Virus record (IMG/VR): IMGVR_UViG_3300033407_000029
Coordinates: 1 to 49,244 of that record
Length of the DNA: 49,244 bases
Direction: 5' to 3' (one strand)
Origin: a virus
Lineage: Duplodnaviria > Caudoviricetes
Positions 33,900-43,854 of the stretch are shown piece by piece. The notes beneath the pieces are model-generated. The model was not told where the DNA came from. It ran no database searches and saw only the letters and a list, made by a program, of their open reading frames with translations. Within the stretch, counting starts at the first letter, position 1, and every line of letters begins with the position of its first letter. The position numbers and the translations under genes were made by a program.

Positions 33900-34462
33900 G
33901 CTTGGCCTTGAGCCTCGTCACCCCAACTAATCACCATTCGCGCCCAAAGGAACTCGCCCTGAGCTGTTGTTTCACCAAACAGGCCGTAGGCCCCTTCGCA
34001 AACTGGTTGAATCATCGACAACCGAGGACACAACGACCGCTCCGCTTCTTCCAATAGCCATCGTTGGAGCCGACAGATTCGATCGTAGAACCAAATGTAC
34101 GTGTCATTTCTTGCCTCGTGTCCGCCGATCTCTTCGCCAGTGCAGTAACGATGAATCATCAATTCGTGAACGCCGCCCGATTCCGGCACCGGACCGCCGG
34201 CGCTCTGGTAAACGATTTTCTGCGACGGCACCGGATTGAATAACTGAGCAACGCAAAATAACGCTTTAAGCTCCTCGTTTGTGTAGGTCTCTCCCGACTC
34301 CGGCCGCGCGTGAATGCCGACGATGATCTTGGCGGCCGCCGCGCTCGCCGCGACGTTGGCGATCTCCCAGAATGCCGGGCACAGCGCCAACAGGTCGCGA
34401 ATCTTGTAAATCGTTGTCGCATCGTCGGAATTAGCAGCATCGGTAATGTCAAACTTGGGCAT
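33896..34462 (-). CDS. Tail terminator-like protein (putative)
   Basis: 188 aa; acidic; position in the neck module. Confidence 0.5.
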   Translation of the reverse strand: MPKFDITDAANSDDATTIYKIRDLLALCPAFWEIANVAASAAAAKIIVGIHARPESGETYTNEELKALFCVAQLFNPVPSQKIVYQSAGGPVPESGGVHELMIHRYCTGEEIGGHEARNDTYIWFYDRICRLQRWLLEEAERSLCPRLSMIQPVCEGAYGLFGETTAQGEFLWARMVISWGDEAQGQA

Positions 34463-34859
34463 GTCGTCCTTCGTGGAAGCCGCTCAATGGCTCTCGTTTC
34501 AGTCCCAACGTGACAAACACGCCCGACCAACTGCTGGTTTCGGCGTCAATGTTCCACTCCTGCCCCTCGACCGTGACTATAGCGCGGAGTTGAAACTGTT
34601 TCACACCCTTGACTTCGAGTTGTTCCCGAGGTCCGAAAATCGCGCATAATTCCGTGTTCTTAACGACACCTGTCTCAAAACTCTGCTCGGATCGAGTGGA
34701 CGTTGCTTTCAGGCTCCAGCCCACCAATTCAATCGCTGCCCCGGTCGGCGGCTGATACTTGATCGTCGCCAGCGCGTGCTGAGCGTCGCGATCGCCGAAC
34801 TGCTCGCCGAAAAACGGCGCGACGAACAATCCAGCGAGTGTGTCGTGTTCCGATTGCAT
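34449..34859 (-). CDS. Head-tail joining protein (putative)
   Basis: Start MQSEH at 34859; VTVEGQEWNI beta motif; position. Confidence 0.6.
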   Translation of the reverse strand: MQSEHDTLAGLFVAPFFGEQFGDRDAQHALATIKYQPPTGAAIELVGWSLKATSTRSEQSFETGVVKNTELCAIFGPREQLEVKGVKQFQLRAIVTVEGQEWNIDAETSSWSGVFVTLGLKREPLSGFHEGRHAQV

Positions 34860-34860
34860 C

Positions 34861-35223
34861 TCAAACCGTCGTGCTGCCAACAGAAGCATTCAGGTCGACG
34901 CTGGCCCGAATGGCTGCATTGGCCTTGTCGCCCACTGCAATTCCAGCCGTCTTGTTGGCTCCTGCTGTGTCGGTCAGGTGAAGCGCCGTGGCATCCCAAT
35001 ACAGCAGGTCTCCATCGCTCCAGGTGTCGTCACTCTTGGCATCGAGGTCGATCACGCCGTCGAAGTTCAGCGCATACGGGTCGCCGATCGCAATGGGCTT
35101 GAGGCCCATGACGACCCCGACCCGATTCCCGACCACAACGCAGTCGCCGCCGTTCATCGCGGCGGCCGCGCTACCATACTTCGCCTCGCCGGCGGGACCG
35201 ACTACCCGGGCTGCGCCCATCAC
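34861..35223 (-). CDS. DUF2190-family capsid cement / decoration protein
   Basis: GDCVVVG..VGV, GDLLYWDATA..LT, NKTAGIAV. Confidence 0.8.
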   Translation of the reverse strand: MMGAARVVGPAGEAKYGSAAAAMNGGDCVVVGNRVGVVMGLKPIAIGDPYALNFDGVIDLDAKSDDTWSDGDLLYWDATALHLTDTAGANKTAGIAVGDKANAAIRASVDLNASVGSTTV

Positions 35224-35627
35224 TTACCTGCGGCTTTCGCTAATGCGGCTTGAATCGCCTTCTCCCGCGTCTCGCCGATACCCTCGACGGACCCGAGAGA
35301 GCCGTGCTTCTCGCCATAGTCCAGGATTGTCTGTGCCGTTGTGAGACCGGCCTCGATCAGCACCTTTCGCGTTGGCGCGTCAAGCTCCAGGCTAGCCACC
35401 GACAGATTCCGCCAGTCTCCGGCCGTTAGAGTCTCGCCCTTCGGCTTGTCCGGCGTAGATTGTTTGAGCGACTCGGCCGCGATCGAATCGCACTTGACCG
35501 CCTGTTGCAAGCGGATCATCGCTGCGAGCTGGTCTGCCGGCGCGTCTTTCAGGTCATCGCCCGAATAGTAGCGGCGCTTCTTCCCGCCGACATCGACCAG
35601 GATCGTCGGGATGTTGAGAACGTACAT
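35220..35627 (-). CDS. Protein with an RNA-polymerase-alpha-CTD-like / HhH domain
   Basis: SVASLELDAPTRKVLIEAGLTT...LGSVEGIGETREKAI. Confidence 0.65.
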   Translation of the reverse strand: MYVLNIPTILVDVGGKKRRYYSGDDLKDAPADQLAAMIRLQQAVKCDSIAAESLKQSTPDKPKGETLTAGDWRNLSVASLELDAPTRKVLIEAGLTTAQTILDYGEKHGSLGSVEGIGETREKAIQAALAKAAGK

Positions 35628-35683
35628 CGTGAAACCTCGTTCGGATAAACTGTGCTGTTAAACGACCGTCAACTCTACTTTGA

Positions 35684-36628
35684 CTACGCCGAGACTGAAC
35701 TCCGCAGCGTCATGCGACGCATCCGCACGTCGGCCACCGTGTCGTCACTGGTCTTTTCCAAGTGGATGATCGCCAGCAAGTCAGCCACGGACGCATTCAG
35801 GTGGAACACTGCCGCGCTGTTGAGCTGTACGCCGTTCGCATAGAACTTCACGTTTGCCTTGTCCCGTGCATCGATCTGGAGGAACGCGAACGTGTCGTCC
35901 ACAAGATCAACGCCGGAATCGTCGGCGGCAACCGGCGTCACTGTGTCGTCGGTCTGCGTCTTGAGCGTCAGGTCGGTGCCGTCCAAGTGGAAAGCTGCAT
36001 AATCCGACACCGTGTCGAAGTTGGTTGCGTGCGAGCCATCAGCCAAGCCGATGTTGATGTCCAGCGCAGCATTGTCGCCGATGTCAAACACCGCCACCTC
36101 AACCTCCATAATCGGGTGCTCGTCGACGTTCACCGACCGGATGCTGAAGAGCGCAGCTTGCGCAACTTCGGCTACAGCATCGAACGCCAAAGTGACAAGA
36201 CCGCCGAGCGTTTCAAGCACACCAAGACCGAGCGTCGCTTCGATCGTCCATTCACCAGTCCGCTGGGCAGTGTCAACGATGTAGTTCGGCGCCTTGTTCA
36301 TCGCCGTATCGACCACCGAAGCCGTCGCGGCGGCTCCAGCCGTGGCGATTCCGACGAAGAAGTCGCCGGCCAGCCGATAGGTGGCCAAGTTTGTGGTACG
36401 GTTCCACCAGACCTCTTGGCCTGGAAGAAACGCGATGTTCGCCGTCTTTGCGACGGGGCGAACGCCACCAGTGTTCAACGCCACGTAGTCGCCGATCTCA
36501 CAAGCCCGGAGGCCGTTGTAGACCGCCGCGCGACTATCCGGCGTTTGCACAACTTGCCCGCTGGTAAGAACGGCCGTGGCGACCATTTTCACGGTGTCGC
36601 CGTCATGTTTTGTTGGGCCTTCGGCCAT
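35684..36628 (-). CDS. DUF2190 decoration protein with a C-terminal beta-sandwich extension
   Basis: SGQVVQTPDSRAAV...GQEVWWN...FFVGIA followed by about 200 aa of beta-rich sequence. Confidence 0.75.
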   Translation of the reverse strand: MAEGPTKHDGDTVKMVATAVLTSGQVVQTPDSRAAVYNGLRACEIGDYVALNTGGVRPVAKTANIAFLPGQEVWWNRTTNLATYRLAGDFFVGIATAGAAATASVVDTAMNKAPNYIVDTAQRTGEWTIEATLGLGVLETLGGLVTLAFDAVAEVAQAALFSIRSVNVDEHPIMEVEVAVFDIGDNAALDINIGLADGSHATNFDTVSDYAAFHLDGTDLTLKTQTDDTVTPVAADDSGVDLVDDTFAFLQIDARDKANVKFYANGVQLNSAAVFHLNASVADLLAIIHLEKTSDDTVADVRMRRMTLRSSVSA

Positions 36629-36718
36629 GATTGAGACTCCTAGTTATTGAGTTTTCGTTTTCTGAAAGAGGTAAAAGGTAGCGGCCAACTGTTCAGCCGC
36701 TACCTGAAGCTTTAACAA

Positions 36719-38458
36719 CTACAGAGCGGCGACCTGTTGACGTTGCCAACCGTGCCACGACAGCGCCTTGGCTCCGATATCGTGGTTGATATCCCAGCCG
36801 ATGCCCCACTTGCCCTTGGTGAGCACGAAGGTTCGCATCTGCGGCCGGCCGCCAGTTCCCCGGAGGTAGCCCACCTCCAGCGTGTGAGCGCTCGCCTTTC
36901 CGGCCAGGAACCATGTGGTATCACTGCCGGCGTGGACCGTCGCGCCGGTAGGATCGGTCGGGTCGGTGACACCGTTGTCGAGACGGGCCTCGGAAACAAG
37001 CATCAACCCGCTGAGGCTTTGGGCATTGAATGCCGGCCGCAGACCAGTTGCGGTGCCGTCGATAACGAGTTGCGACTTGAGCACCTCGACCGCCGAATCT
37101 CTCAAAGCATCCGGCACAATGAGCGCAAACGGCGCGATGCTCAGGTTTCGACCGTTTTCCTGTTGCGTTCGCATCCGTGAACGCGCGGCTCCCAGAGCAG
37201 CAACCGCGAAGGTAGCGCTACCGGTGTTGTTGCCGTGGTTCGTGGCATCGAACAACGGATTGCCGTCCCGCATGTTGGGATTGCCGAGCATGATCGAGTA
37301 GACTAGGTCGGGCCGCAGTTGACGGGCCGCTTCTCCCAAGTCCGCCGGCGTGTGCTTGTTGATCCCGCCGAACGTATCGTCGATGATGTCTTGCTCGTCG
37401 ACCACAAACTGCTTGGCGTACCGAGCAATCTTGTAGGTCTCGACGCTGTCTGTGTACTCTTCATGGTCGGCTTCACTGCCGCGGGGCAACTTCTTGAGCT
37501 GGCCGCCCTTTTCCAATCGCGCCCGCTCGTTGGTCTTGAAGTTGGGAATGTCGCGGTTCTCGCGAATCCAACCGCCGCTGGTCGTGTCTTCGGTCGCATC
37601 GAATGCGGCCAGCAACTGACTCGACATGTTCGTGGTGAAAATGTTGGCCAGCGCCGATGTCGAGAAACCAGCCCGAGCCGAGTACGACTGCAACAACTCG
37701 CCACGGGACACGTGGAATCCAGACTCGATTCCGTCGATACGGGCCGCGGCCCGCACTAGGTCCATCATCGACATATCGCGGAACCGCCAGGCTTCCTCGG
37801 CGCTTCGCGCGAGCTGCTCACTGCTGCCGTGATACATCCGAATCACATCGCCCTGGATGTTGCAAAAATACTTCGTCGGGTCGATGCCATTGCGATGCAG
37901 AAGACCAGCCGCCAATACTTCGGCAGTAATGCCGGTTACGCTGTTGCGAGAATGGACTGCTGGCGCGCCGTCGTGAGCGACGTTCGCCGTATTCTGCTCG
38001 CGAAAATGGCGCAGAAACTCACGCCCAGCCCGGTCTTCCGACCAACCGTCGTCGATCGCTCGATTCAGCAACTCGCCGGGGACGTCCGACCCGGCCAGTG
38101 TCCGCAAGGCGACGATGCGCGTCCGCTCTTGCTGAATGCTCCGCTGCGTGGCGCCCTCCAAATCGCCGTTCGCCGATGCACCGTCGTTTCCGGCAGTGCG
38201 TTCGCCAGCAGTTGCCGTGGCGGTCTGGGCGACTTCGGCCGTCAGTTGCACGGTCGGCTTCTCGGGATCGTAACCGAGAGCCCGGATCATCACGTCGCAA
38301 TTCGTTCGCGCGCCGTGGTCGTCCTCTTGATAGTTGAGCGCGTTGGCGATCGAGGATTGGAGACCACGCAGACCGCGGTAATGCTCCCATGCCTGTTCAT
38401 CGGTGGCTTCCGCAGCCAGGCCAACGCTTCGCAAATAGCTGAGAAGTCGCTTGTTCAT
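36719..38458 (-). CDS. Major capsid protein with an N-terminal scaffold region
   Basis: ERTRIVALR scaffold; LLAAF, IPNFKT, IIDDTFG, DGNPLFDATNHGN, D.GAKALSWHG motifs. Confidence 0.88.
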   Translation of the reverse strand: MNKRLLSYLRSVGLAAEATDEQAWEHYRGLRGLQSSIANALNYQEDDHGARTNCDVMIRALGYDPEKPTVQLTAEVAQTATATAGERTAGNDGASANGDLEGATQRSIQQERTRIVALRTLAGSDVPGELLNRAIDDGWSEDRAGREFLRHFREQNTANVAHDGAPAVHSRNSVTGITAEVLAAGLLHRNGIDPTKYFCNIQGDVIRMYHGSSEQLARSAEEAWRFRDMSMMDLVRAAARIDGIESGFHVSRGELLQSYSARAGFSTSALANIFTTNMSSQLLAAFDATEDTTSGGWIRENRDIPNFKTNERARLEKGGQLKKLPRGSEADHEEYTDSVETYKIARYAKQFVVDEQDIIDDTFGGINKHTPADLGEAARQLRPDLVYSIMLGNPNMRDGNPLFDATNHGNNTGSATFAVAALGAARSRMRTQQENGRNLSIAPFALIVPDALRDSAVEVLKSQLVIDGTATGLRPAFNAQSLSGLMLVSEARLDNGVTDPTDPTGATVHAGSDTTWFLAGKASAHTLEVGYLRGTGGRPQMRTFVLTKGKWGIGWDINHDIGAKALSWHGWQRQQVAAL

Positions 38459-39063
38459 CGGAAATAACTCCTACGTGAATGGGCAACGTGGCCCGGTTGC
38501 TGGCGGATCAGCGCTTCGCTGTCCGCGCCAATGGGGGTAAGGGAAAGTTCGTGGACGCGCCACTTGGTGGTGATGCGCAAGGTACGCTCGCCAGCCTTGT
38601 AACTGCGACCGTTTATGTTCTGAGATTGTCCAGGTGGTATGTCGACGTAGTTCAACACCTGATAGCCGATCGAGACGGCGCGAATATGCCCGTCGACCAA
38701 ATCCTGCCAGAGTTGTTGTCGATGAATGTTGCCCTCAACGGCCTTGCCGACGATCCCGCGGCCGATCCACTGCTCGCCTTGCCGCTTGAAGTTGGTGGCT
38801 GAGCCAATGACTGAGTTGCAACCACTAAACCGCTGGTGATCGTCCAAGAGCACGGCGGAGCCCGGGAACTGTCCGCCACTGGCAACCAGGATTTCCTCGA
38901 CGATGTCCCACGTCCGCAGGTCGCGCACCAGCGCCGGCGTCTCCGTGGCCACAACGGCCTCGAAGCTGCGATCGTCGACGTTCACGCTCTCATGGCGCAA
39001 CGACAGCTCGCGACAGGTGAGGTCGCGGGTCTGCACCTCAGGTTGTAACAAGGTGGCGGTCAT
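38455..39063 (-). CDS. HK97-type prohead protease
   Basis: LLDDHQR, RAVSIGY, ELSLTPIGAD; start MTATL at 39063. Confidence 0.88.
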   Translation of the reverse strand: MTATLLQPEVQTRDLTCRELSLRHESVNVDDRSFEAVVATETPALVRDLRTWDIVEEILVASGGQFPGSAVLLDDHQRFSGCNSVIGSATNFKRQGEQWIGRGIVGKAVEGNIHRQQLWQDLVDGHIRAVSIGYQVLNYVDIPPGQSQNINGRSYKAGERTLRITTKWRVHELSLTPIGADSEALIRQQPGHVAHSRRSYFR

Positions 39064-40579
39064 TGATTCGGTTTCTTGGTGTGTCTTCGGTATCGTCGAC
39101 CTTCTGGTCACGCGCGGCGGCTTCGGCTTGTAGGAGTTGCGCAGCAGCCCGGAAATCGGGACCGGGCGGAAGATTGTGCTTTGTCGCGTCTTCGGCGTAA
39201 GCGGCCCGCTCTTCCATAACGACTTCGGGATCTCCGCCTCGCTCGGCAATGAGACGCGGAACGCTCGTCGTGCCGTCTTCAAGGTCGATCCGGTCAGCCT
39301 TGCGCTGCTTTTCGGGATTGACGTAGGGCGGAATCGGCCACGACCAAGCAAGGTGGTAATCGGTGGGCACTCCCAGGCCGCCCATCCGCAGTTCGGTGAT
39401 AATCTGACCGAGTAGGCCCTTGAGTGCGCGAAGCGACAACCACGTCTGGAGGGCCTTGACCCGACGCATGTAAACCGCGCCGTCATAGTGAGCCGACGCG
39501 AAGTTGCTGTCAGCACTCGACAAGAGCACCATCATCAAAGGCATCCCCAGGGCCAGCCCCAGCTCGCGGAGCCGTTCGTGCCGAAATTGCGTGTACTGCG
39601 TCGATGGTTGTGTGGATTGGTGACTTACCCAAGCCCAACCCTTCGGCGCGATGTTGACGCTGGTCGGCTCCCAGTCAAGGATCACACCCGTCAAGTCTTG
39701 CGGATCAACCGCCAGCTCCGGGTTGCTCGTTTGCAGGCTTTGGGCGGAGTTGGCAGCGAGCTTGGCCGCCTGCATCACGAAATGATCGTACTGGCGCAGG
39801 TTCGCCACGGTGTCGAGGCACGATGTCAGCCACGGGAACCCTGTAAGCTGCTCTGGCTCATGGGCCACGTAACGGTGTTGCACCAATCGCGCCGGCACGG
39901 TGTCATAGTCGGTCGAATCGAACAGCCCCACGCCGAGACGGCTATGCTTGGCGAAGTAATACTCGATCGTCTTGCCACCAATAGTAAGTTTCTGCCCGAA
40001 GGCGATGTCAGGTAGACCGGCGATGTTGGCCGGTGTGTTCATGCGACGGCAATGAATGCCAGACCAGCCGAACTTCGCTGGGCCATCTCGGTCGGTTTGG
40101 GCGAATAGATTGACGAAACTGCCGGACGTGCAGAGGTTGCGAATCCACGTGTAGCCAGTTTCCACGCCTGAAAATCTTTCGTTGGGGTCCGGCATCTCAA
40201 AGGCGTCGTACCACGCGCCTTCGACAAAGTCATTGAAACGCTTGCGCTCGGAAAGCACACGAAGCGTCGGACCCTCGTGGCCCCAGATATCAACGGCTAG
40301 TGTCTCGATGGCGCCGGAGACGATGGCATTGTGAATCTTCTCCCACTCGCACCGGGCCTGGAGCGGAATTAGACTCTCGTGCAGATCGACATTGATCGAT
40401 TGGCCGTGGGCAAACCGCCACATCGACTTGTTCAGACGGTCCGTGTCGGCCATATCGAAGCGTCGGATTTCGTCTCGGCCAGGAACGTCGATGTATTCTC
40501 CGCGCTCGACTGGTTCCATGACGGGCTGAGATTTAGCCGCCGACTTGGAAAACCACGATTTAGGATTGAACCAGGACAT
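39038..40579 (-). CDS. Portal protein, lambda family
   Basis: PEQLTGFPWL, SADSNFASA, W.WP...VNPEK, ERGGDPE..EER; start MSWFN at 40579. Confidence 0.9.
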   Translation of the reverse strand: MSWFNPKSWFSKSAAKSQPVMEPVERGEYIDVPGRDEIRRFDMADTDRLNKSMWRFAHGQSINVDLHESLIPLQARCEWEKIHNAIVSGAIETLAVDIWGHEGPTLRVLSERKRFNDFVEGAWYDAFEMPDPNERFSGVETGYTWIRNLCTSGSFVNLFAQTDRDGPAKFGWSGIHCRRMNTPANIAGLPDIAFGQKLTIGGKTIEYYFAKHSRLGVGLFDSTDYDTVPARLVQHRYVAHEPEQLTGFPWLTSCLDTVANLRQYDHFVMQAAKLAANSAQSLQTSNPELAVDPQDLTGVILDWEPTSVNIAPKGWAWVSHQSTQPSTQYTQFRHERLRELGLALGMPLMMVLLSSADSNFASAHYDGAVYMRRVKALQTWLSLRALKGLLGQIITELRMGGLGVPTDYHLAWSWPIPPYVNPEKQRKADRIDLEDGTTSVPRLIAERGGDPEVVMEERAAYAEDATKHNLPPGPDFRAAAQLLQAEAAARDQKVDDTEDTPRNRINDRHLVTT

Positions 40580-40860
40580 CAGTCGCAACCGGGATTCTTG
40601 AATTCCACCGGCACGCGCTGCAGTCCGAATGGCGCGCCAGTAGTTTGATTGACTAACTTTTCGAGACGTTGAATGTGTCGGGCGATATCAGCACCCCGCC
40701 AATTCATTGAAAGCCCGTCCTTTTCACTATCAGGAGTTCGTGCCAGGATGCCTTCGGCGGCGATGAACAAGTTCAACGCTGTTTGCCAATTTCCAGCCTT
40801 TTCCGCGATGTCGATGTCGCGGGCCAACTCGTCGAGTCGCACTGCTGGGGAATCGGCCAT
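40579..40860 (-). CDS. Head completion protein (lambda gpW position)
   Basis: Start MADSP at 40860; TGATG-coupled to the portal gene. Confidence 0.55.
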   Translation of the reverse strand: MADSPAVRLDELARDIDIAEKAGNWQTALNLFIAAEGILARTPDSEKDGLSMNWRGADIARHIQRLEKLVNQTTGAPFGLQRVPVEFKNPGCD

Positions 40861-40927
40861 GCCCTTAGAGTAGGGCAAGAAAGTTGGGCCAAGATTCGGC
40901 TGGCTTCCAGGAACTGGAATAAGAGCG

Positions 40928-41248
40928 TTACTTCTCCGCCTTCAATGTCGAGTAAAAGTTCTGCCCGCAATTCGTGCATTTCCGGTGTCTGCGCACGGTC
41001 TGGCCTATCCGAGACGTATTGTTCACCGGGACACTGGTCGACTTGCACTTCGGGCATTTAACCGGCACTTCCACCACGCCGTTGGTCTCGTGGAGGACTT
41101 CCGTAGATTGGCCGATCTGGAATTGCTTCCCGCAAAAGTCGCACTCGAAGCGCGCCCAGACACGACCGGCGTTGCCAGCGCCAATGAGCCGTGTCGCGTT
41201 GCACCCGCAATGCGGGCAATCGACCGATGAAACTTTCACGAGGCTCAT
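40928..41248 (-). CDS. Double zinc-ribbon (Ogr/Delta-like) protein
   Basis: CPHC..CDFC and CPKC..RHRKCTNCGQNFYS. Confidence 0.75.
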   Translation of the reverse strand: MSLVKVSSVDCPHCGCNATRLIGAGNAGRVWARFECDFCGKQFQIGQSTEVLHETNGVVEVPVKCPKCKSTSVPVNNTSRIGQTVRRHRKCTNCGQNFYSTLKAEK

Positions 41249-43284
41249 TTTTTCATCCTCGAGTAAAAGTTATCGTTCTCCGTGTCGCTCGCCGGCGGCT
41301 CTTCGATGTCCAACAGGTTGATCCCAGCCATGCTCCCAGCCGCCAGCCCCATCGCCGCCGCGTCTTTCCAGTGCTGGTCGCCAGTGACGACCCAGCCCTC
41401 GACCAGGCCCTTGCCTGGTTTCCATTCTTTCTTGAATTGCTCGTTCGCCAGGTGGTTGGAAACCTTCGCGTGTTCGTGTTTCAACTCCGGGTAGAAGAAA
41501 GTCGTAGCGCCCTTCCTGCCGTACTCGCCCTTGAGACTGGCGTCGAGCGCGAGCTTCCAATAGTCCGCGTTGAATGTGATTTCCTTGATCTTCCTATCGT
41601 AGTTGATCTCCTGATACCACTGCTTGCCGATCCTGAGAATCTTGCCGCCCGTGCGGCGCGGCTGTCTGTAGCCTCCATTGTTCGTCGACCGACCGCGACC
41701 ACGGACCAAGTGATACCGCTTCTGCTTGATCCCGCCGCGCTCTCGGATGAACCGAGCCACCGCCTCTGGCATGTAACCGCCGTCAATCCACACGATATCG
41801 GGAATGTAGAGGCCATCCGTTCCTTCGTGTGGAAAGCCTTGCTCGATCACATTGTCCGCGTAGTCGTGTAGCGAAGCGACGATGCGAGACTCCAAGTCGT
41901 CCTCTTTATTCCGCTTCACGTCGAAAGCACCGTAAGACGGGACGTGACGCTGTCCCTTGTTGCGATGCGCGAACACAAACGGCCAACCGGTCCAGTCGCC
42001 GATGTCGATGCCGACAGTCACCTTCGCCGTGTCGTGCGGCAAGACGTTTCGCTTCCACTGGTCGCACCGCTTGCGGATCTCCGTTGCCTTCAGTGGCTCT
42101 TGGTCCGACAGCGTCGACTTGAACGGAACCGAGAAATCGAATTGGCACAGTTCCTTCTCCGCATTCTCGCGCTCTTCCGTGCCCTCTTCTGTCTGCTGGG
42201 CCTCCCACTCCGCCGCGCCAAAGTCGGCCGGGTCTCTCAGTAGGTTGTGCCACGCCTGCCAATGGAACCACAGCGTCGACGTCGGCGGCTTGCGGCCGAC
42301 AACTTCCCCGTGCTTGTTGATCCGCTGGCCGTGATGCACCAGCCGAAGATTCGCCATAGAGCGGCGCCGCTGGGCGTCGGTCAACACTTTTTTACACAGC
42401 GGGCACAAAAACCTCGCCTTGTCGGCCGCTTCATCTTCGCTCTCGGCCTGCTGCCAGCCAACTAGGTCTTCTCGCCCGGGGCTGATCCACCCGCCGCAGT
42501 GTGGGCAATCCGACAGCAACCGGGATCGGCTGCTGATTAGCTTTTCGTCGTCGTCCGCGCCGCGAGCAATGTATGGCAACTCTTCAGCGACCGTGAGCGT
42601 GCCCTCGACCAACAACAGACGTCGCTTGTCGGTCCGTTTGAACGCTTTCATCCGAGCCCGCAGTTGCCGCAAAGGATTCGCCTCGACACTCGTCTCAGTC
42701 GAATGCGACCAGCCCGCAGCCTCTGTGGCATACACGCGCGGGGAAGTATAGCCGGCAAGCGCGGTATCGTCACCGCCGCGCGTCATAATCTTGATGTCGA
42801 CTTTGTTACCGAGCGAAACACGATCGCGAATCCGACCACCGCGACTGCCTGGACCGGTCTCAGGGATCAAAGCGCGCAAGTCCGGCGAGTCTTCCAACGT
42901 CGGCCGAAAATCGGTGTCCCACTTGTCAGAGGCCATATCGGCCTCGGGGAACGCGGCAATCGTGTTGAGCCCCAATTCCTTCACGTCGCGGAGAATCGGA
43001 ATCACGAAGGCCGAAAGCGTCTTGCCGGACTGGGACGGCCCGCCCACGATAATCGTCATCCATCGACCGCTGTCGATCTCATCGAACAGCAGCCCGGAAT
43101 AGGGTTGGCGGTCGCACCTGAAAGACACGTTGCCGAAGGGGCTGGTCTTCGGCAGCATGACGTGAGTTTCAGCGAACTCGCGGACAGTGAGTTGCCGCTC
43201 TGGCAGACTACTTTTGACGAGGTGAGCGCGGACTATTTCTCGTGCGTGCTTTGGTTTTCGACTTGCCGTTGCGGTGATGCCCAT
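41245..43284 (-). CDS. terL: Terminase large subunit, lambda GpA family
   Basis: Walker A GPSQSGKT, YATE Walker B, CPHCG/CPLC zinc motif, GIDIG, IDGGY, HWKDA nuclease motifs. Confidence 0.92.
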   Translation of the reverse strand: MGITATASRKPKHAREIVRAHLVKSSLPERQLTVREFAETHVMLPKTSPFGNVSFRCDRQPYSGLLFDEIDSGRWMTIIVGGPSQSGKTLSAFVIPILRDVKELGLNTIAAFPEADMASDKWDTDFRPTLEDSPDLRALIPETGPGSRGGRIRDRVSLGNKVDIKIMTRGGDDTALAGYTSPRVYATEAAGWSHSTETSVEANPLRQLRARMKAFKRTDKRRLLLVEGTLTVAEELPYIARGADDDEKLISSRSRLLSDCPHCGGWISPGREDLVGWQQAESEDEAADKARFLCPLCKKVLTDAQRRRSMANLRLVHHGQRINKHGEVVGRKPPTSTLWFHWQAWHNLLRDPADFGAAEWEAQQTEEGTEERENAEKELCQFDFSVPFKSTLSDQEPLKATEIRKRCDQWKRNVLPHDTAKVTVGIDIGDWTGWPFVFAHRNKGQRHVPSYGAFDVKRNKEDDLESRIVASLHDYADNVIEQGFPHEGTDGLYIPDIVWIDGGYMPEAVARFIRERGGIKQKRYHLVRGRGRSTNNGGYRQPRRTGGKILRIGKQWYQEINYDRKIKEITFNADYWKLALDASLKGEYGRKGATTFFYPELKHEHAKVSNHLANEQFKKEWKPGKGLVEGWVVTGDQHWKDAAAMGLAAGSMAGINLLDIEEPPASDTENDNFYSRMKK

Positions 43285-43732
43285 TCGCCATTTCAATCCC
43301 GAAGTGCCTCGCCGCCTCAACTACCTTCGCTCGCATGATATCTTGGCAGTGCCGGCAACAGCTCTCAATTCCAGTTCGCACCCCCGAGCACAATGTTTGC
43401 ACGTCCTGTTTCACTTCGTCGATCGACAGCATCTCGCCTCGGGCAGTTGCTAACTCCAACTCCGCCCTCTCGGCTTGAGCGCGGGTCAACCGGCTCTTGT
43501 ACTGGTCGACCTCCCGCGGTTCGCGGGACTCTTCTCGTTTGGCAATGATTGCTCGGAAGAATGCGGGGGCGAAGATCCGGAGCCCAGCGCCTTTCCCGTG
43601 CTCCCACCTGTTGCCGAACTCGGTGCGGAGCTGGTCAATTCGCGTGGGGCTGAGTCCCGTGTACTCAACAAGGGCGGCTCTTGGCCACCAGCGAGGATCA
43701 TCGGCCTTGTACTCAATATCGTGTGCAATCAC
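43208..43732 (-). CDS. terS: Terminase small subunit (Nu1-like)
   Basis: N-terminal HTH (GLSPTRIDQL); RLTRAQAERAELELATARGEML. Confidence 0.85.
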   Translation of the reverse strand: MIAHDIEYKADDPRWWPRAALVEYTGLSPTRIDQLRTEFGNRWEHGKGAGLRIFAPAFFRAIIAKREESREPREVDQYKSRLTRAQAERAELELATARGEMLSIDEVKQDVQTLCSGVRTGIESCCRHCQDIMRAKVVEAARHFGIEMANGHHRNGKSKTKARTRNSPRSPRQK

Positions 43733-43799
43733 TCGTCTCCGTGCGTCATGGCGTGTAGTATTCCAACCAACTCAAAACACCGCGTGCAAACAAAAGCGA

Positions 43800-43847
43800 C
43801 TCGATCGCCCGCCTTGCGGCCCCCAGTAGGGCCTTCCCGAAGGACCC
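43800..43847 (-). other. Putative cos packaging site with a lambda cosQ-identical heptamer
   Basis: Minus strand GGGTCCT at 43847-43841, between HNH and terS. Confidence 0.6.
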
Positions 43848-43854
43848 ACTTGAT

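Noticed and set aside
39064-39516. N-terminal extension of the prohead protease in the ORF track
   Set aside because: Overlaps the portal gene; ATG 39063 fits the domain start
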